64,000 nucleotides of DNA from Candidatus Sericytochromatia bacterium (GTDB lineage: Bacteria; Cyanobacteriota; Sericytochromatia; S15B-MN24; UBA4093), in contig JAKFCT010000014.1 of NCBI GenBank assembly GCA_036676495.1, forward strand, positions 64,001-128,000, written 5' to 3'. This document shows positions 9,327 to 18,107 of the stretch, one piece after another. The position numbers were made by a program, and so were the translations under genes. The notes beneath the pieces are model-generated. The model saw only the letters and a list, made by a program, of their open reading frames with translations, made no database searches and was not told the origin of the DNA. Each line of letters opens with the position of its first letter. Positions within the stretch are counted from its first letter, which is position 1.

Positions 9327-10244
9327 ATGGCCGGGGACCACTCGCACGATCATCACGATCACCATCATCACGTGCACCGGGAAGGCTCCAAGAAGGCGCT
9401 CTTAGCGGTCTTCATCCTTACGAGCGTCTACATGGTCACGGAAGCCGTCGGCGGCTGGATGACCAACAGTCTGGCGCTGCTCGCGGACGCCGGCCACATG
9501 TTCACGGACGCCGCGGCGCTGGGGCTCAGTTTCGGAGCCATGTGGCTCGCGTCGCGTCCTCCGACTCCCGCGAAGTCCTTCGGGTACTACCGCTTCGAGA
9601 TCCTGGCGACGCTGATCAATGGCGCGTCGCTGATCGTGGTGGCGGGAGGCATCTTCTGGGAGGCCTTCCAGCGCCTCGGATCCGCGCCCGAGGTCGACAG
9701 CGTCCCGATGCTCATCATCGCGACGGGCGGCTTGTTCATCAACCTGGTCGGAGCCTTCATCCTGTCGCGCTCGGCGCATGACAGCCTCAACGTCAAGGGC
9801 GCTCTGGCGCACGTCCTCGGGGACGCGCTGGGCTCGGTGGCGGCCATCGTGGCGGGCCTGCTCATGTGGCGATTCGGCTGGTATCTCGCCGATCCGATCG
9901 TCTCCGCCCTGGTGGGCGTCCTCATCCTGAAATCTGCCTGGGGACTCGTCTCCATGTCGGTCGATATCCTGATCCAGGCGACGCCGCTGCATATTGATCC
10001 CGCCCGGGTGACGGACGTCATCCTCGCTTGCCCCGGCGTCCGCTCCGTCCATGACCTGCATATCTGGACCGTGACCTCCGGGATGTTCTCGCTGACCTGC
10101 CACGTCGTGGTCGACGACGTCGAGTCCAGCCAGGACGTGCTCTGCCGCCTGCGGGACTGCATGCACGAGGAGTTCCATATCGATCATGCGACCATTCAGG
10201 TCGAGACCGTCGACCAGGAAGCGTGCCACCGCCTGAACTGGTAG
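9327..10244 (+). CDS. czcD: Cation diffusion facilitator (Zn/Co/Cd efflux, CzcD/ZitB type)
   Basis: His-rich N-terminus, SLALLADAGHMFTD, HVLGD, VHDLHIW, HATIQVE. Confidence 0.92.
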   Translation: MAGDHSHDHHDHHHHVHREGSKKALLAVFILTSVYMVTEAVGGWMTNSLALLADAGHMFTDAAALGLSFGAMWLASRPPTPAKSFGYYRFEILATLINGASLIVVAGGIFWEAFQRLGSAPEVDSVPMLIIATGGLFINLVGAFILSRSAHDSLNVKGALAHVLGDALGSVAAIVAGLLMWRFGWYLADPIVSALVGVLILKSAWGLVSMSVDILIQATPLHIDPARVTDVILACPGVRSVHDLHIWTVTSGMFSLTCHVVVDDVESSQDVLCRLRDCMHEEFHIDHATIQVETVDQEACHRLNW

Positions 10245-10261
10245 CCGATCGAACGTTTGTT

Positions 10262-10294
10262 TCAAGCCCCCGTCCGGATTGGACGGGGGCTTGA
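10262..10294 (+). terminator. Intrinsic terminator after czcD
   Basis: tcaagcccccgtcc-ggatt-ggacgggggcttga followed by ttt. Confidence 0.75.
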
Positions 10295-10404
10295 TTTCTG
10301 AGGACGGCATGCCGCCTGAGCCCCGCCTTGATTGGCTTCTGAGGCCCACCTTTGCTGTGCTAAGATGAGAGCGAGTGCCTTTTCGGTAGCCGGGGGGAGA
10401 AGCC

Positions 10405-13400
10405 TTGTCCAAGCCGCAGTTCGTTCACTGCCACGTCCACTCCGAGTACTCGCTCCTCGACGGGGCGAGCCGCATCGGAGAATTGGTCAAGCGTGCGGCC
10501 AAGTACGAGATGCCCGCCCTGGCGCTGACCGATCACGGCGTGATGTACGGAGCCATCGAGTTCTACCGCAAGGCCAAGGAAGCGGGCATCAAGCCCTTGA
10601 TCGGCTGCGAGGCCTACGTCGCGCCGGGATCGCGCTTCGAAAAGTCCCCACCCAAGGACGGCAAGCCCTACGGCCACTTGGTCCTGCTCGCGAAGAACCG
10701 CACGGGCTACGGCAACCTGATCAAGCTGGTCTCCAAGGGCCATACGGAAGGCTTCTACCATAAGCCGCGAATCGACAAGGAGCTTCTCGAAGCCCATTCC
10801 GAGGGCCTGATCGCCCTGACGGCCTGCCTGGGCGGAGAAATCCCCCAGCATATCCTGAAGGGCCGTCACGAAGAGGCCGAGCAATCCGCCCGCTGGTTCC
10901 AGCGGGTCTTCGGGGACGACTTCTACTTCGAGTTGCAAAACCATGGGCTCGCCGAGCAACGCCGCGTCAATCAGGCGCTCCTCGAGCTTTCGGATCGCAC
11001 CGGCATCAAGGTCGCGGCGACCAACGACTCCCACTTCACCAATCCCGAGGACATGCGCGCCCACGAGGCGCTCTTGTGCATTCAGACCGGCAAGAGCCTT
11101 CTGGATCCGACCCGGCAGATGCACTACGGCCCCGACTTCTACCTCAAGACGCCCCAGGAGATGGCCGACGTCTTCCACGACACGCCCCAGGCCCTCTGGA
11201 ACACGCTCGAAATTGCCCAGAAGTGCAACCTCATCCTCGATTTCGGCCGCACCATGCTGCCGCGCTACGAGGTGCCGCCAGGCCATACCATCGAGAGCTA
11301 CCTCAACAAGCTCGCCTGGGACGGCCTCAAGGAGCGCTTCGAGACGATCACCCCGGACCTCGAGGAGCGCCTCAAGTTCGAGCTGCAGATCATCGAGCAG
11401 ATGGGCTTCGCGGCGTACTTCTTGATCGTCTGGGACTTCATCAACTACGCCAAGACCAACGGCATCCAGGTCGGACCGGGCCGCGGCTCGGCGGCAGGCT
11501 CGCTGGCCGCCTACTGCCTCAAGATCACCAACATCGACCCGGTCAAGTACAACTTGCTCTTCGAGCGCTTCCTCAACCCGGAGCGCGTCAGCATGCCCGA
11601 CGTCGATATCGACTTCTGCATCGATCGCCGCGGAGAGGTCATCGAGTACGTCGGCCGCAAGTACGGCCGCGACCGGGTCGCCCAGATCATCACCTACGGC
11701 ACCCTGGGCGCCAAGGCGGCCATCAAGGACGTCGGGCGCGTGCTGGAGCTCAACTTCAACGACACGAACCGCCTGACCAAGATGGTGCCCGAGGAGCTCA
11801 ACATCAGCCTCGCGGACGCCACCAAGGAAGGAACCGAGCTCTACGAGGAAGCCGAGCGCGACATGAAGGTCGCCGAGATCCTCGAGCTCGGCAAGAAGCT
11901 CGAAGGCATCGTCCGCAACACCAGCCTTCACGCCGCCGGCGTCATCATCTCGCGCGACCCCCTCACCGAGACCGTCCCGCTTCAGCGGGTCGGCAAGGAC
12001 GACGAGGGCATCTCCACCCAGTACGAATACAAGTACTGCGAGATGATGGGCCTGCTCAAGATGGACTTCCTGGGCCTGCGCAACCTGACGATGATGGCCA
12101 AGGCCCTGGAGTACATCAAGGAGCGCCATGGGGTCGACTACGACCTCAACTCCCAGGACTTCACCGACCCCAAGGTCTACGAGCTCTTGCGCAGCGGCGC
12201 CACGGTAGGCATCTTCCAGGTCGAGTCCGAGGGCATGACCAAGCTCATCAAGCGCCTTCAGCCCACGAACTTCGAAGACATCTCGGCCGTCCTGGCCCTC
12301 TACCGCCCCGGTCCTATCCAGAGCGGCTACGTCGACGAGTACGTCGACCGCAAGCACGGCAAGAAGGCCATCGAATACGCCCACCCCGACCTGATTCCCA
12401 TCCTTCAGGACACCTACGGCACCATGGTCTTCCAGGAGCAGATCATGCAGATCGCCCAGGTGCTGGCGGGTTACACGCTGGGCCAGGCCGACCTCCTGCG
12501 CCGCGCCATGGGCAAGAAGAAGAAAGAGGAGATGGACCAGCAGCGGGCCATCTTCCTCGACGGGACGCGCAAGCACGGAGTCACCGATGAGATCGCCAAC
12601 GATCTCTTCGATAAGATGACGAAGTTCTCCGAGTACTGCTTCAACCGCGCCCATACCGCCGCCTACGCGGTCGTCACCTACCATACGGCCTACCTCAAGG
12701 CCCATTTCCCCGCCGAGTACATGGCGGCCCTGATGAGCAGCCTCCTGGGCTCCCAGGACAAGATCCTCCTCTGCATCAACGACTGCCGGCGCATGGGCAT
12801 CAAGGTCCTGCCTCCCGACGTCAACTACTCCGGCGCGGACTTCACCGTCACCGACGAGGGGATCCGCTTCGGCATGGGCGCCGTCAAGAACGTCGGGCTC
12901 GCGGCCATCGAGGCCATCTGCGAGGCCCGCACCCGCCTCCCCGAGGGACGCTTCAAGGATCTCTACGAGTTCTGCTCCGAGGTCGACCTCAAGGTGGTCA
13001 ACCGCCGGGCGATCGAAAGCCTGATTCGTTGCGGCGCCTTCGATACCTTCGAAGGCCACCGGGCCCAGCTCCTCGCGGCCCTGGACGAGGCGATGGACCG
13101 GGCTCACCGCAAGCAAAAGGACGATGCGATCGGCCAGATCTCGCTTTTCGGCGGGGCTTCCGCACCCTTGGTCGTGGCGACTCCGAGCCTTCCCGACATG
13201 GATCCCTTCCCCGACGAGGAAGCCCTCGCCATGGAAAAGGATCTCCTGGGCCTCTACATCTCGGGACACCCGCTCTCCACCGTGCCCGTCAAGCTGGAGT
13301 GGCACACGACCCACACGGCGTATCAGCTGAACTCGTCCCAGCTGGAGATCAAGAACGTCGTGGCGGGCGGCATGCTCACGCAAACGCGGCGCATGATGAC

Positions 13401-13848
13401 CAAGAGCGGCTCGATGATGATGGCCGGCAAACTCGAGGACTTCACCGACGCCATCGACGTGGTCGCCTTTCCGCGCACCTACGAGGAGTGCTCGGCCCTG
13501 CTGCATGACGACTCCAAGGTGCTCATCAAGGGCAAGTGGGCCGGCAACGACGAGCGACCCCAGCTCTTGATCAGTCAGGTCACCCCGCTCGCCGCCATGC
13601 CGAGCCTGCACATCCAGATTCCCGGGAACGCCAGCGGCAAGCAACTCGTCATGCTCGCCGAAGCCCTTCGCCGGCACCAGGGGGACACGTCCGTCGTCTT
13701 CCATTTCGATGGACAGAGCCAACAGGTGGTCGCGAGCGACATGTTCTGGGTAACATGGAATCCGGAGCTCGAGGCGTCGCTTTCCGCCATCATCGGTCCG
13801 GATCGCCTTCGCTACCACGCCCCTGAGGCACAGCTCACCCTTGTCTAG
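10405..13848 (+). CDS. dnaE: DNA polymerase III alpha subunit (intact, no intein)
   Basis: PHP domain HVHSEYSLLDG/TDHG, GPGRGSAAGS, PDVDID, KMDFLGL, OB fold; TTG start. Confidence 0.97.
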   Translation: MSKPQFVHCHVHSEYSLLDGASRIGELVKRAAKYEMPALALTDHGVMYGAIEFYRKAKEAGIKPLIGCEAYVAPGSRFEKSPPKDGKPYGHLVLLAKNRTGYGNLIKLVSKGHTEGFYHKPRIDKELLEAHSEGLIALTACLGGEIPQHILKGRHEEAEQSARWFQRVFGDDFYFELQNHGLAEQRRVNQALLELSDRTGIKVAATNDSHFTNPEDMRAHEALLCIQTGKSLLDPTRQMHYGPDFYLKTPQEMADVFHDTPQALWNTLEIAQKCNLILDFGRTMLPRYEVPPGHTIESYLNKLAWDGLKERFETITPDLEERLKFELQIIEQMGFAAYFLIVWDFINYAKTNGIQVGPGRGSAAGSLAAYCLKITNIDPVKYNLLFERFLNPERVSMPDVDIDFCIDRRGEVIEYVGRKYGRDRVAQIITYGTLGAKAAIKDVGRVLELNFNDTNRLTKMVPEELNISLADATKEGTELYEEAERDMKVAEILELGKKLEGIVRNTSLHAAGVIISRDPLTETVPLQRVGKDDEGISTQYEYKYCEMMGLLKMDFLGLRNLTMMAKALEYIKERHGVDYDLNSQDFTDPKVYELLRSGATVGIFQVESEGMTKLIKRLQPTNFEDISAVLALYRPGPIQSGYVDEYVDRKHGKKAIEYAHPDLIPILQDTYGTMVFQEQIMQIAQVLAGYTLGQADLLRRAMGKKKKEEMDQQRAIFLDGTRKHGVTDEIANDLFDKMTKFSEYCFNRAHTAAYAVVTYHTAYLKAHFPAEYMAALMSSLLGSQDKILLCINDCRRMGIKVLPPDVNYSGADFTVTDEGIRFGMGAVKNVGLAAIEAICEARTRLPEGRFKDLYEFCSEVDLKVVNRRAIESLIRCGAFDTFEGHRAQLLAALDEAMDRAHRKQKDDAIGQISLFGGASAPLVVATPSLPDMDPFPDEEALAMEKDLLGLYISGHPLSTVPVKLEWHTTHTAYQLNSSQLEIKNVVAGGMLTQTRRMMTKSGSMMMAGKLEDFTDAIDVVAFPRTYEECSALLHDDSKVLIKGKWAGNDERPQLLISQVTPLAAMPSLHIQIPGNASGKQLVMLAEALRRHQGDTSVVFHFDGQSQQVVASDMFWVTWNPELEASLSAIIGPDRLRYHAPEAQLTLV

Positions 13849-13861
13849 AAGAGGCCGTCGC

Positions 13862-14305
13862 GTGATCCGTAAGCTGCTCATCCCGATTGGTCTGCTCGTC
13901 GTGACCGGTTGCGCGCCGTTCATGGCGACGTCCCAGGAGTTCTACTACCACGATGAGACTTACGCTGTGCGCCGGACCGCCGATGCGGTGGAGGTCTTCA
14001 GCGAGGGAACCCCGCGAACGCCCTACGTCGTGCTCGGGCGTGTCGTCGCCACCCAGGGGCTGTTCGGTTCCCGGGAATCGGTGCTCGCGGAGCTGCGCGC
14101 CAGGGCCGCCGCCATGGGAGCGGACGCCCTGATCAACCTGACCGAAGCGAAGGGAGCGCTCAACGGCACCGATGCCCTCTCTTCCGAGACGACCCGCTAT
14201 AACCAGGAGGGAAACGTCTCGACCAGCGAATCCTGGAACCAGGACGCAAAGGCCTCCATTCGCCTCACGATCTCGGCATTGGCGATTCGCTATCAATCGC
14301 CCTAA
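13862..14305 (+). CDS. Lipoprotein, YbjQ/heavy-metal-binding-like domain
   Basis: Lipobox VTGC; YVVLGRV...LRARAAAMGADALI pattern. Confidence 0.6.
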   Translation: MIRKLLIPIGLLVVTGCAPFMATSQEFYYHDETYAVRRTADAVEVFSEGTPRTPYVVLGRVVATQGLFGSRESVLAELRARAAAMGADALINLTEAKGALNGTDALSSETTRYNQEGNVSTSESWNQDAKASIRLTISALAIRYQSP

Positions 14306-14325
14306 GTCGGGCGAAACGAAGCAAG

Positions 14326-14357
14326 AGAGCCCCCTCCGAACGCTCGGAGGGGGCTCT
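14326..14357. terminator. Bidirectional hairpin terminator
   Basis: agagccccctccga-acgc-tcggagggggctct between convergent genes. Confidence 0.75.
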
Positions 14358-14376
14358 TGGTTGCACTTAGCGCGGA

Positions 14377-15318
14377 TTAGCTCATAACGGCGACGAGCCG
14401 TCCCGTGACACCGCCCTCGTGCAAGCGATCGAGGCCCGCCGGGATCTCCTCAAAGGTGGTCGGAACGATGAGAGGCGTCAGTTTCCCGGACGCATAGAGA
14501 TCGTAGACGGCCTTGACGTCATGAACGTCTCCTCCGACGGAGCCAACGAGCTGGACCGCCTTGACGATGAGCAGGCGGGTATTGATGGTCGCTTCGAGGC
14601 GCCCCATGCCGACTTGCACGACCCGGCCGCCCGGCTTGATGACCTCGATGGCGCCCGCCGTGGTGGTGCCGAAACCGGCGAAGTCGACGATCACGTCGAG
14701 GTCCAGCGGGAACTCCCGGACGTCGGTGAAGACCTGTTTTACGCCGATCTCCGCGCCAAGGGCGCGCGCCTTCTCGCTGACGTCAGCGGCATACACCTCG
14801 GCGCCGGCAATGACGGCGATCCGGGCGCCGACCTGTCCGAGTCCGCCCAGGCCGATGATGCCGACCTTCATGCCGGCCTTGGTCTGGCCGGCGACCATGA
14901 CCGCATGGTAGGAGGTCATCCCGGAATCGGTTCCCGCCGCCGCGTACTCGAAGGAGACGTTGTCGGGAATCCTGACAATATCCTCGACCCGGGCCGTGGT
15001 TTTGTTGGCGTAGCCGCCGTCACGGACGTAGCCGGGCAGGGTAGGGGTGCTGGGGCAAACACCCACCCGGTCTCCCACCTTGAAGTCGGTGACTCCCTCG
15101 CCTACCTCGCTGATGACGCCGGCGACCTCGTGACCGAGGATGACCGGCCGCGTCGTGATGATCTCCAACCAACCCGGGTCCTCCAGGGCGCCCACATCCG
15201 AGTGACACAGGCCTGCCGCCTTGACGTCGATGACAACCTCCCCGGGCGCTGCCTTGGGATCCGGCTTCTCGACCAGCGTCAGGGGTTCACCTGTGGTAGT
15301 GAATTGCCAACCCTTCAT
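14377..15318 (-). CDS. Zinc-binding alcohol dehydrogenase (MDR family, lacks the structural-Zn loop)
   Basis: GLCHSD, GHEVAG, GLGGLG Rossmann motif; AAGGAG RBS before ATG 15318. Confidence 0.9.
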   Translation of the reverse strand: MKGWQFTTTGEPLTLVEKPDPKAAPGEVVIDVKAAGLCHSDVGALEDPGWLEIITTRPVILGHEVAGVISEVGEGVTDFKVGDRVGVCPSTPTLPGYVRDGGYANKTTARVEDIVRIPDNVSFEYAAAGTDSGMTSYHAVMVAGQTKAGMKVGIIGLGGLGQVGARIAVIAGAEVYAADVSEKARALGAEIGVKQVFTDVREFPLDLDVIVDFAGFGTTTAGAIEVIKPGGRVVQVGMGRLEATINTRLLIVKAVQLVGSVGGDVHDVKAVYDLYASGKLTPLIVPTTFEEIPAGLDRLHEGGVTGRLVAVMS

Positions 15319-15609
15319 GAGAAGAACTCCTTTTTCGAGTGCGAGGGTCCCAAGAGGAGGGCGCGCGGCCCGAGGTGGTGGGAACCCCAAATTGTTACCC
15401 CCGTCGCGGGGACCCGGCCTGATCCAAGTCCGTTAGGCGAGTGCACGCGAAGCGGGTCTCGTCTGACCTCTTCAATGCTCGGACATCGGGAGTCGGGTGT
15501 CATCGGTAAAACCCCCTTGGGGGATATTACAGTCCCTTCACACCGTCCCGGTCATGTCCGATCCTGTCGCGGCGTTCGAAGGAGGAGGCGTAAGGCCGTC
15601 TCCCGGCAT

Positions 15610-15637
15610 GGGAGACATAACCTATATTATCGGACGC
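15610..15637 (-). other. dif-like XerC/XerD recombination site (degenerate XerD arm)
   Basis: Minus strand reads GCGTCCGATAA-TATAGG-TTATGTCTCCC: 11-6-11 layout with ATAA/TTAT inner repeats. Confidence 0.45.
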
Positions 15638-15995
15638 AATTTGGCCGTCTAGGCAGGCTCGCTAGAATCGCCTGAGATCCGGTCACATCAAGGGTTTGGG
15701 GCGTTTTGCGAATCACAACCCCTGAAAACCCCGTCTTGCCGCGTGCAAGCTCCGGGAGCTTCAGCCTTGCGCGAAGTAAGCGCCATGCGTTATGTCAGGT
15801 CCGAGGCGTACGAGAGCCAGGACTCAACCCAAGGGAGCGGAGTTTTGCCTGCCTCCCAGGTCATCCTGGAATGTGAGGCCTTGAAACCCGCTGGCGATGC
15901 GCGTTTGCGCGATCGAACCCAGGGGGCTGGACAACGGCTTTACCTTATCTTAAACTAAGAACGGAATGCAACGAAGCAATGGAGAGGATCCGACG

Positions 15996-16352
15996 ATGCT
16001 GAAGCCCCTCTTGGTCGGCATGGCCGTTCTGGCGATCGCCGGTTGCGGTACTTCCGGGATCCTGATGAAGGGCAAGCCTCCGGTCATCCGAACCATCCAG
16101 GCAGAGAGCAGCGACGTTCAGGTTGGCGCCGGCATTCATCTCAAGGCTCAGGTCGTCTCGGAGTCCGAAGACCTGACTTACGCGTGGCAGGCGAATAACG
16201 GCTTGCTCGCGAAGCCGACCGAGACCACGACCCTTTGGATTGCTCCGTCCGCCGTGCCATTCAGCCCTTACCCGGTCACGATCGCCCTGACCGTCAAGGA
16301 CGAGTACGGGCGCAACGTCAAGGCGACGTATCAAATCAGGGTCCATCAATAG
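15996..16352 (+). CDS. Small lipoprotein with Ig/PKD-like domain
   Basis: Lipobox IAGC, LTYAWQANNG, TLWIAP, LTVKDEYG; GGAGAGG RBS. Confidence 0.7.
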   Translation: MLKPLLVGMAVLAIAGCGTSGILMKGKPPVIRTIQAESSDVQVGAGIHLKAQVVSESEDLTYAWQANNGLLAKPTETTTLWIAPSAVPFSPYPVTIALTVKDEYGRNVKATYQIRVHQ

Positions 16353-16397
16353 GCCCTCTCGCCCCTCTAACGAGGCCTTGCATGCTACCATGGCCCT

Positions 16398-17354
16398 ATG
16401 AGAGTACTTGCCATTTTCATCGCGAGCACGGTCCTTCTGGCCGGCTGCTCCAAACCCTCCGACTCATCGGCTAACCAGGCGGAAATCCGCCTGGGAGCCC
16501 AATTATTCACCGAAAAGCGGCTTTCCCGGGACGGGTCTCTGTCGTGCGCCAGCTGTCACGACCCGGCACGAGGCTTCACCGATGGCCAGCCGGTCGCGGT
16601 GGGCCTCAACGGCGCCAAGGGCACCCGAAACACCCCGACCCTCTACGGCGTCGCGCACATGTCCAAGTTCTTCTGGGATGGCCGAGCCAATACCCTGGAG
16701 GAGCAGGCCCTGGGACCGCTCACGAGCCCCATCGAGATGGCGGCTGACCCCGATGCGGTCATCGACTGGCTCTCCAAGGACGAGGGCTACCGCCAGCGCT
16801 TCGAAGACGTCTTCGGTGGGCCTCCGACCTTGGAGCGCCTGACCAAGGCGCTGGCCACCTTCCAGCGGGCCGTGAAACTGGAACCGAGCCCCTTCGACCG
16901 CTGGCGGAACGGGGAGACCGAGGCCATCTCCGAGGCCGCGAAGCGCGGCTACAAGACCTTCTCGCAGCAAGGAAAGTGCTCGGTTTGCCACCGTGGGACC
17001 GAGCTCACCGACGGTGAGTTCCATAACCTCGGCATGGCTTCCAACCCCGAGAAGCCGGACCTCGGGCGCTTTGCGGTCAGCCAGTTCGAGGCTCACCGTG
17101 CCGCTTTCAAGACTCCGACGCTCTACAACGTGGACCTCACGGCCCCGTACATGCACGACGGGTCCCTCGGGACGCTGGAAGAAGTGGTGGAGTTCTACGA
17201 CCAGGGCGGCGGTCCGGGTCCGGGCCGCTCGACGCTCATGCGCAAGCTGAATCTGACGGAGCAAGAGAAGGCCGACTTGGTGGAGTTCCTCAAGACCCTC
17301 ACGGCACCGGACAATTCCAAACAATTGTTCGAGTCGGCTTCGAGCGCTAACTAG
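16398..17354 (+). CDS. Di-heme cytochrome c peroxidase / MauG family lipoprotein
   Basis: CASCH and CSVCH heme motifs, RNTPTL, FWDGRA, FKTPTL, APYMHDG; lipobox LAGC. Confidence 0.92.
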   Translation: MRVLAIFIASTVLLAGCSKPSDSSANQAEIRLGAQLFTEKRLSRDGSLSCASCHDPARGFTDGQPVAVGLNGAKGTRNTPTLYGVAHMSKFFWDGRANTLEEQALGPLTSPIEMAADPDAVIDWLSKDEGYRQRFEDVFGGPPTLERLTKALATFQRAVKLEPSPFDRWRNGETEAISEAAKRGYKTFSQQGKCSVCHRGTELTDGEFHNLGMASNPEKPDLGRFAVSQFEAHRAAFKTPTLYNVDLTAPYMHDGSLGTLEEVVEFYDQGGGPGPGRSTLMRKLNLTEQEKADLVEFLKTLTAPDNSKQLFESASSAN

Positions 17355-17381
17355 GTATCCTAGTTAGCGCTCGAAGCCGAC
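17333..17381. terminator. Perfect 23-bp inverted repeat overlapping the peroxidase stop codon
   Basis: gtcggcttcgagcgctaactagg-tat-cctagttagcgctcgaagccgac. Confidence 0.7.
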
Positions 17382-17414
17382 AACCTTCTCCCTGATTACG
17401 CGAATAGGCATCCA

Positions 17415-17461
17415 AGTAAAACAATAACCAGGTTATATAATAACCTGGTTATTGTTTTACT
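17415..17461. repeat. AT-rich perfect 22-bp inverted repeat with nested ATAACCWGGTTAT palindromes
   Basis: agtaaaacaataaccaggttat-ata-ataacctggttattgttttact. Confidence 0.85.
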
Positions 17462-17556
17462 CGGCTTTTTAACGAGGTGTATTTTTAACAAGCCTAATGA
17501 TTAACTAGTTTAATTATTAATCAGGTTAATGATTAAGGGCGTTATCCAATCGTCGA

Positions 17557-17937
17557 TCATGGGGTGACCGGAACCCGGTCCTCGACCTCGATCTTCAAAG
17601 GACCGAACTCGTCGGTGCGAACCTTCACGGTGAGCGCATGCGTTCCCGGAGCCAAGATCTGCCCCCGGACGGTGACCGCGACGACCTCCCCCTTCTTGAA
17701 AGTCACCGGGGCGGCTTCCGACACCGAAAGCGCTTCCCGCGTAACGCCTTCCTGGGCGAAGGTGATGGCTTCCAGGGCGTAGGACGTCCCGTCGACCGAA
17801 ACCTCGAGGATCTCCACGATGGTCGCCGGCATCACGGGATTGGTGAGGCCGAACTGAAACGCATGCTCCGCGTTGGATAGGCTGCCTGCCTGGTAAAACT
17901 GCGTCAGCATGAACGCGGGTATCTGCATTCCGAACAT
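17557..17937 (-). CDS. Conserved hypothetical small beta-sandwich protein
   Basis: 126 aa with typical codon usage; IPAFMLTQFYQAGSLSN...VSVDG pattern; divergent from the GNAT/lux-like operon. Confidence 0.65.
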   Translation of the reverse strand: MFGMQIPAFMLTQFYQAGSLSNAEHAFQFGLTNPVMPATIVEILEVSVDGTSYALEAITFAQEGVTREALSVSEAAPVTFKKGEVVAVTVRGQILAPGTHALTVKVRTDEFGPLKIEVEDRVPVTP

Positions 17938-18107
17938 CCGAGCCCCCTAAAATCGCTAGCTTCCGGTCCTTCTCTCTTCTTACACCCCTTCGGGCATCGA
18001 GACAAGCCTTTGGTAATCCCTGGGCCAATGGGGTAGAATGAACCAAGGAAGCACGTTCACCCCTGGCGCATCCCCAGGCATCTGGCTCAAAGACAGAGGA
18101 CTCACCC

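Noticed and set aside
10360-13923. Very long antisense or alternate-frame ORFs (e.g. 1187 aa opposite dnaE; also 23..958, 1032..2537, 42886..45000, 45236..47299, 52562..54442, 56627..58834)
   Set aside because: These are shadow ORFs caused by high GC3 codon bias opposite well-supported genes, with no recognisable motifs.
15785-15958. 57-aa ORF MRYVRSEAYESQ...RLYLILN
   Set aside because: No clear RBS, atypical codon usage, no recognisable motif, and its end overlaps the likely promoter of the next gene; it cannot be fully excluded.
17333-17540. CRISPR array or MITE
   Set aside because: There are no regularly spaced direct repeats with unique spacers, no target-site duplication and no cas genes.
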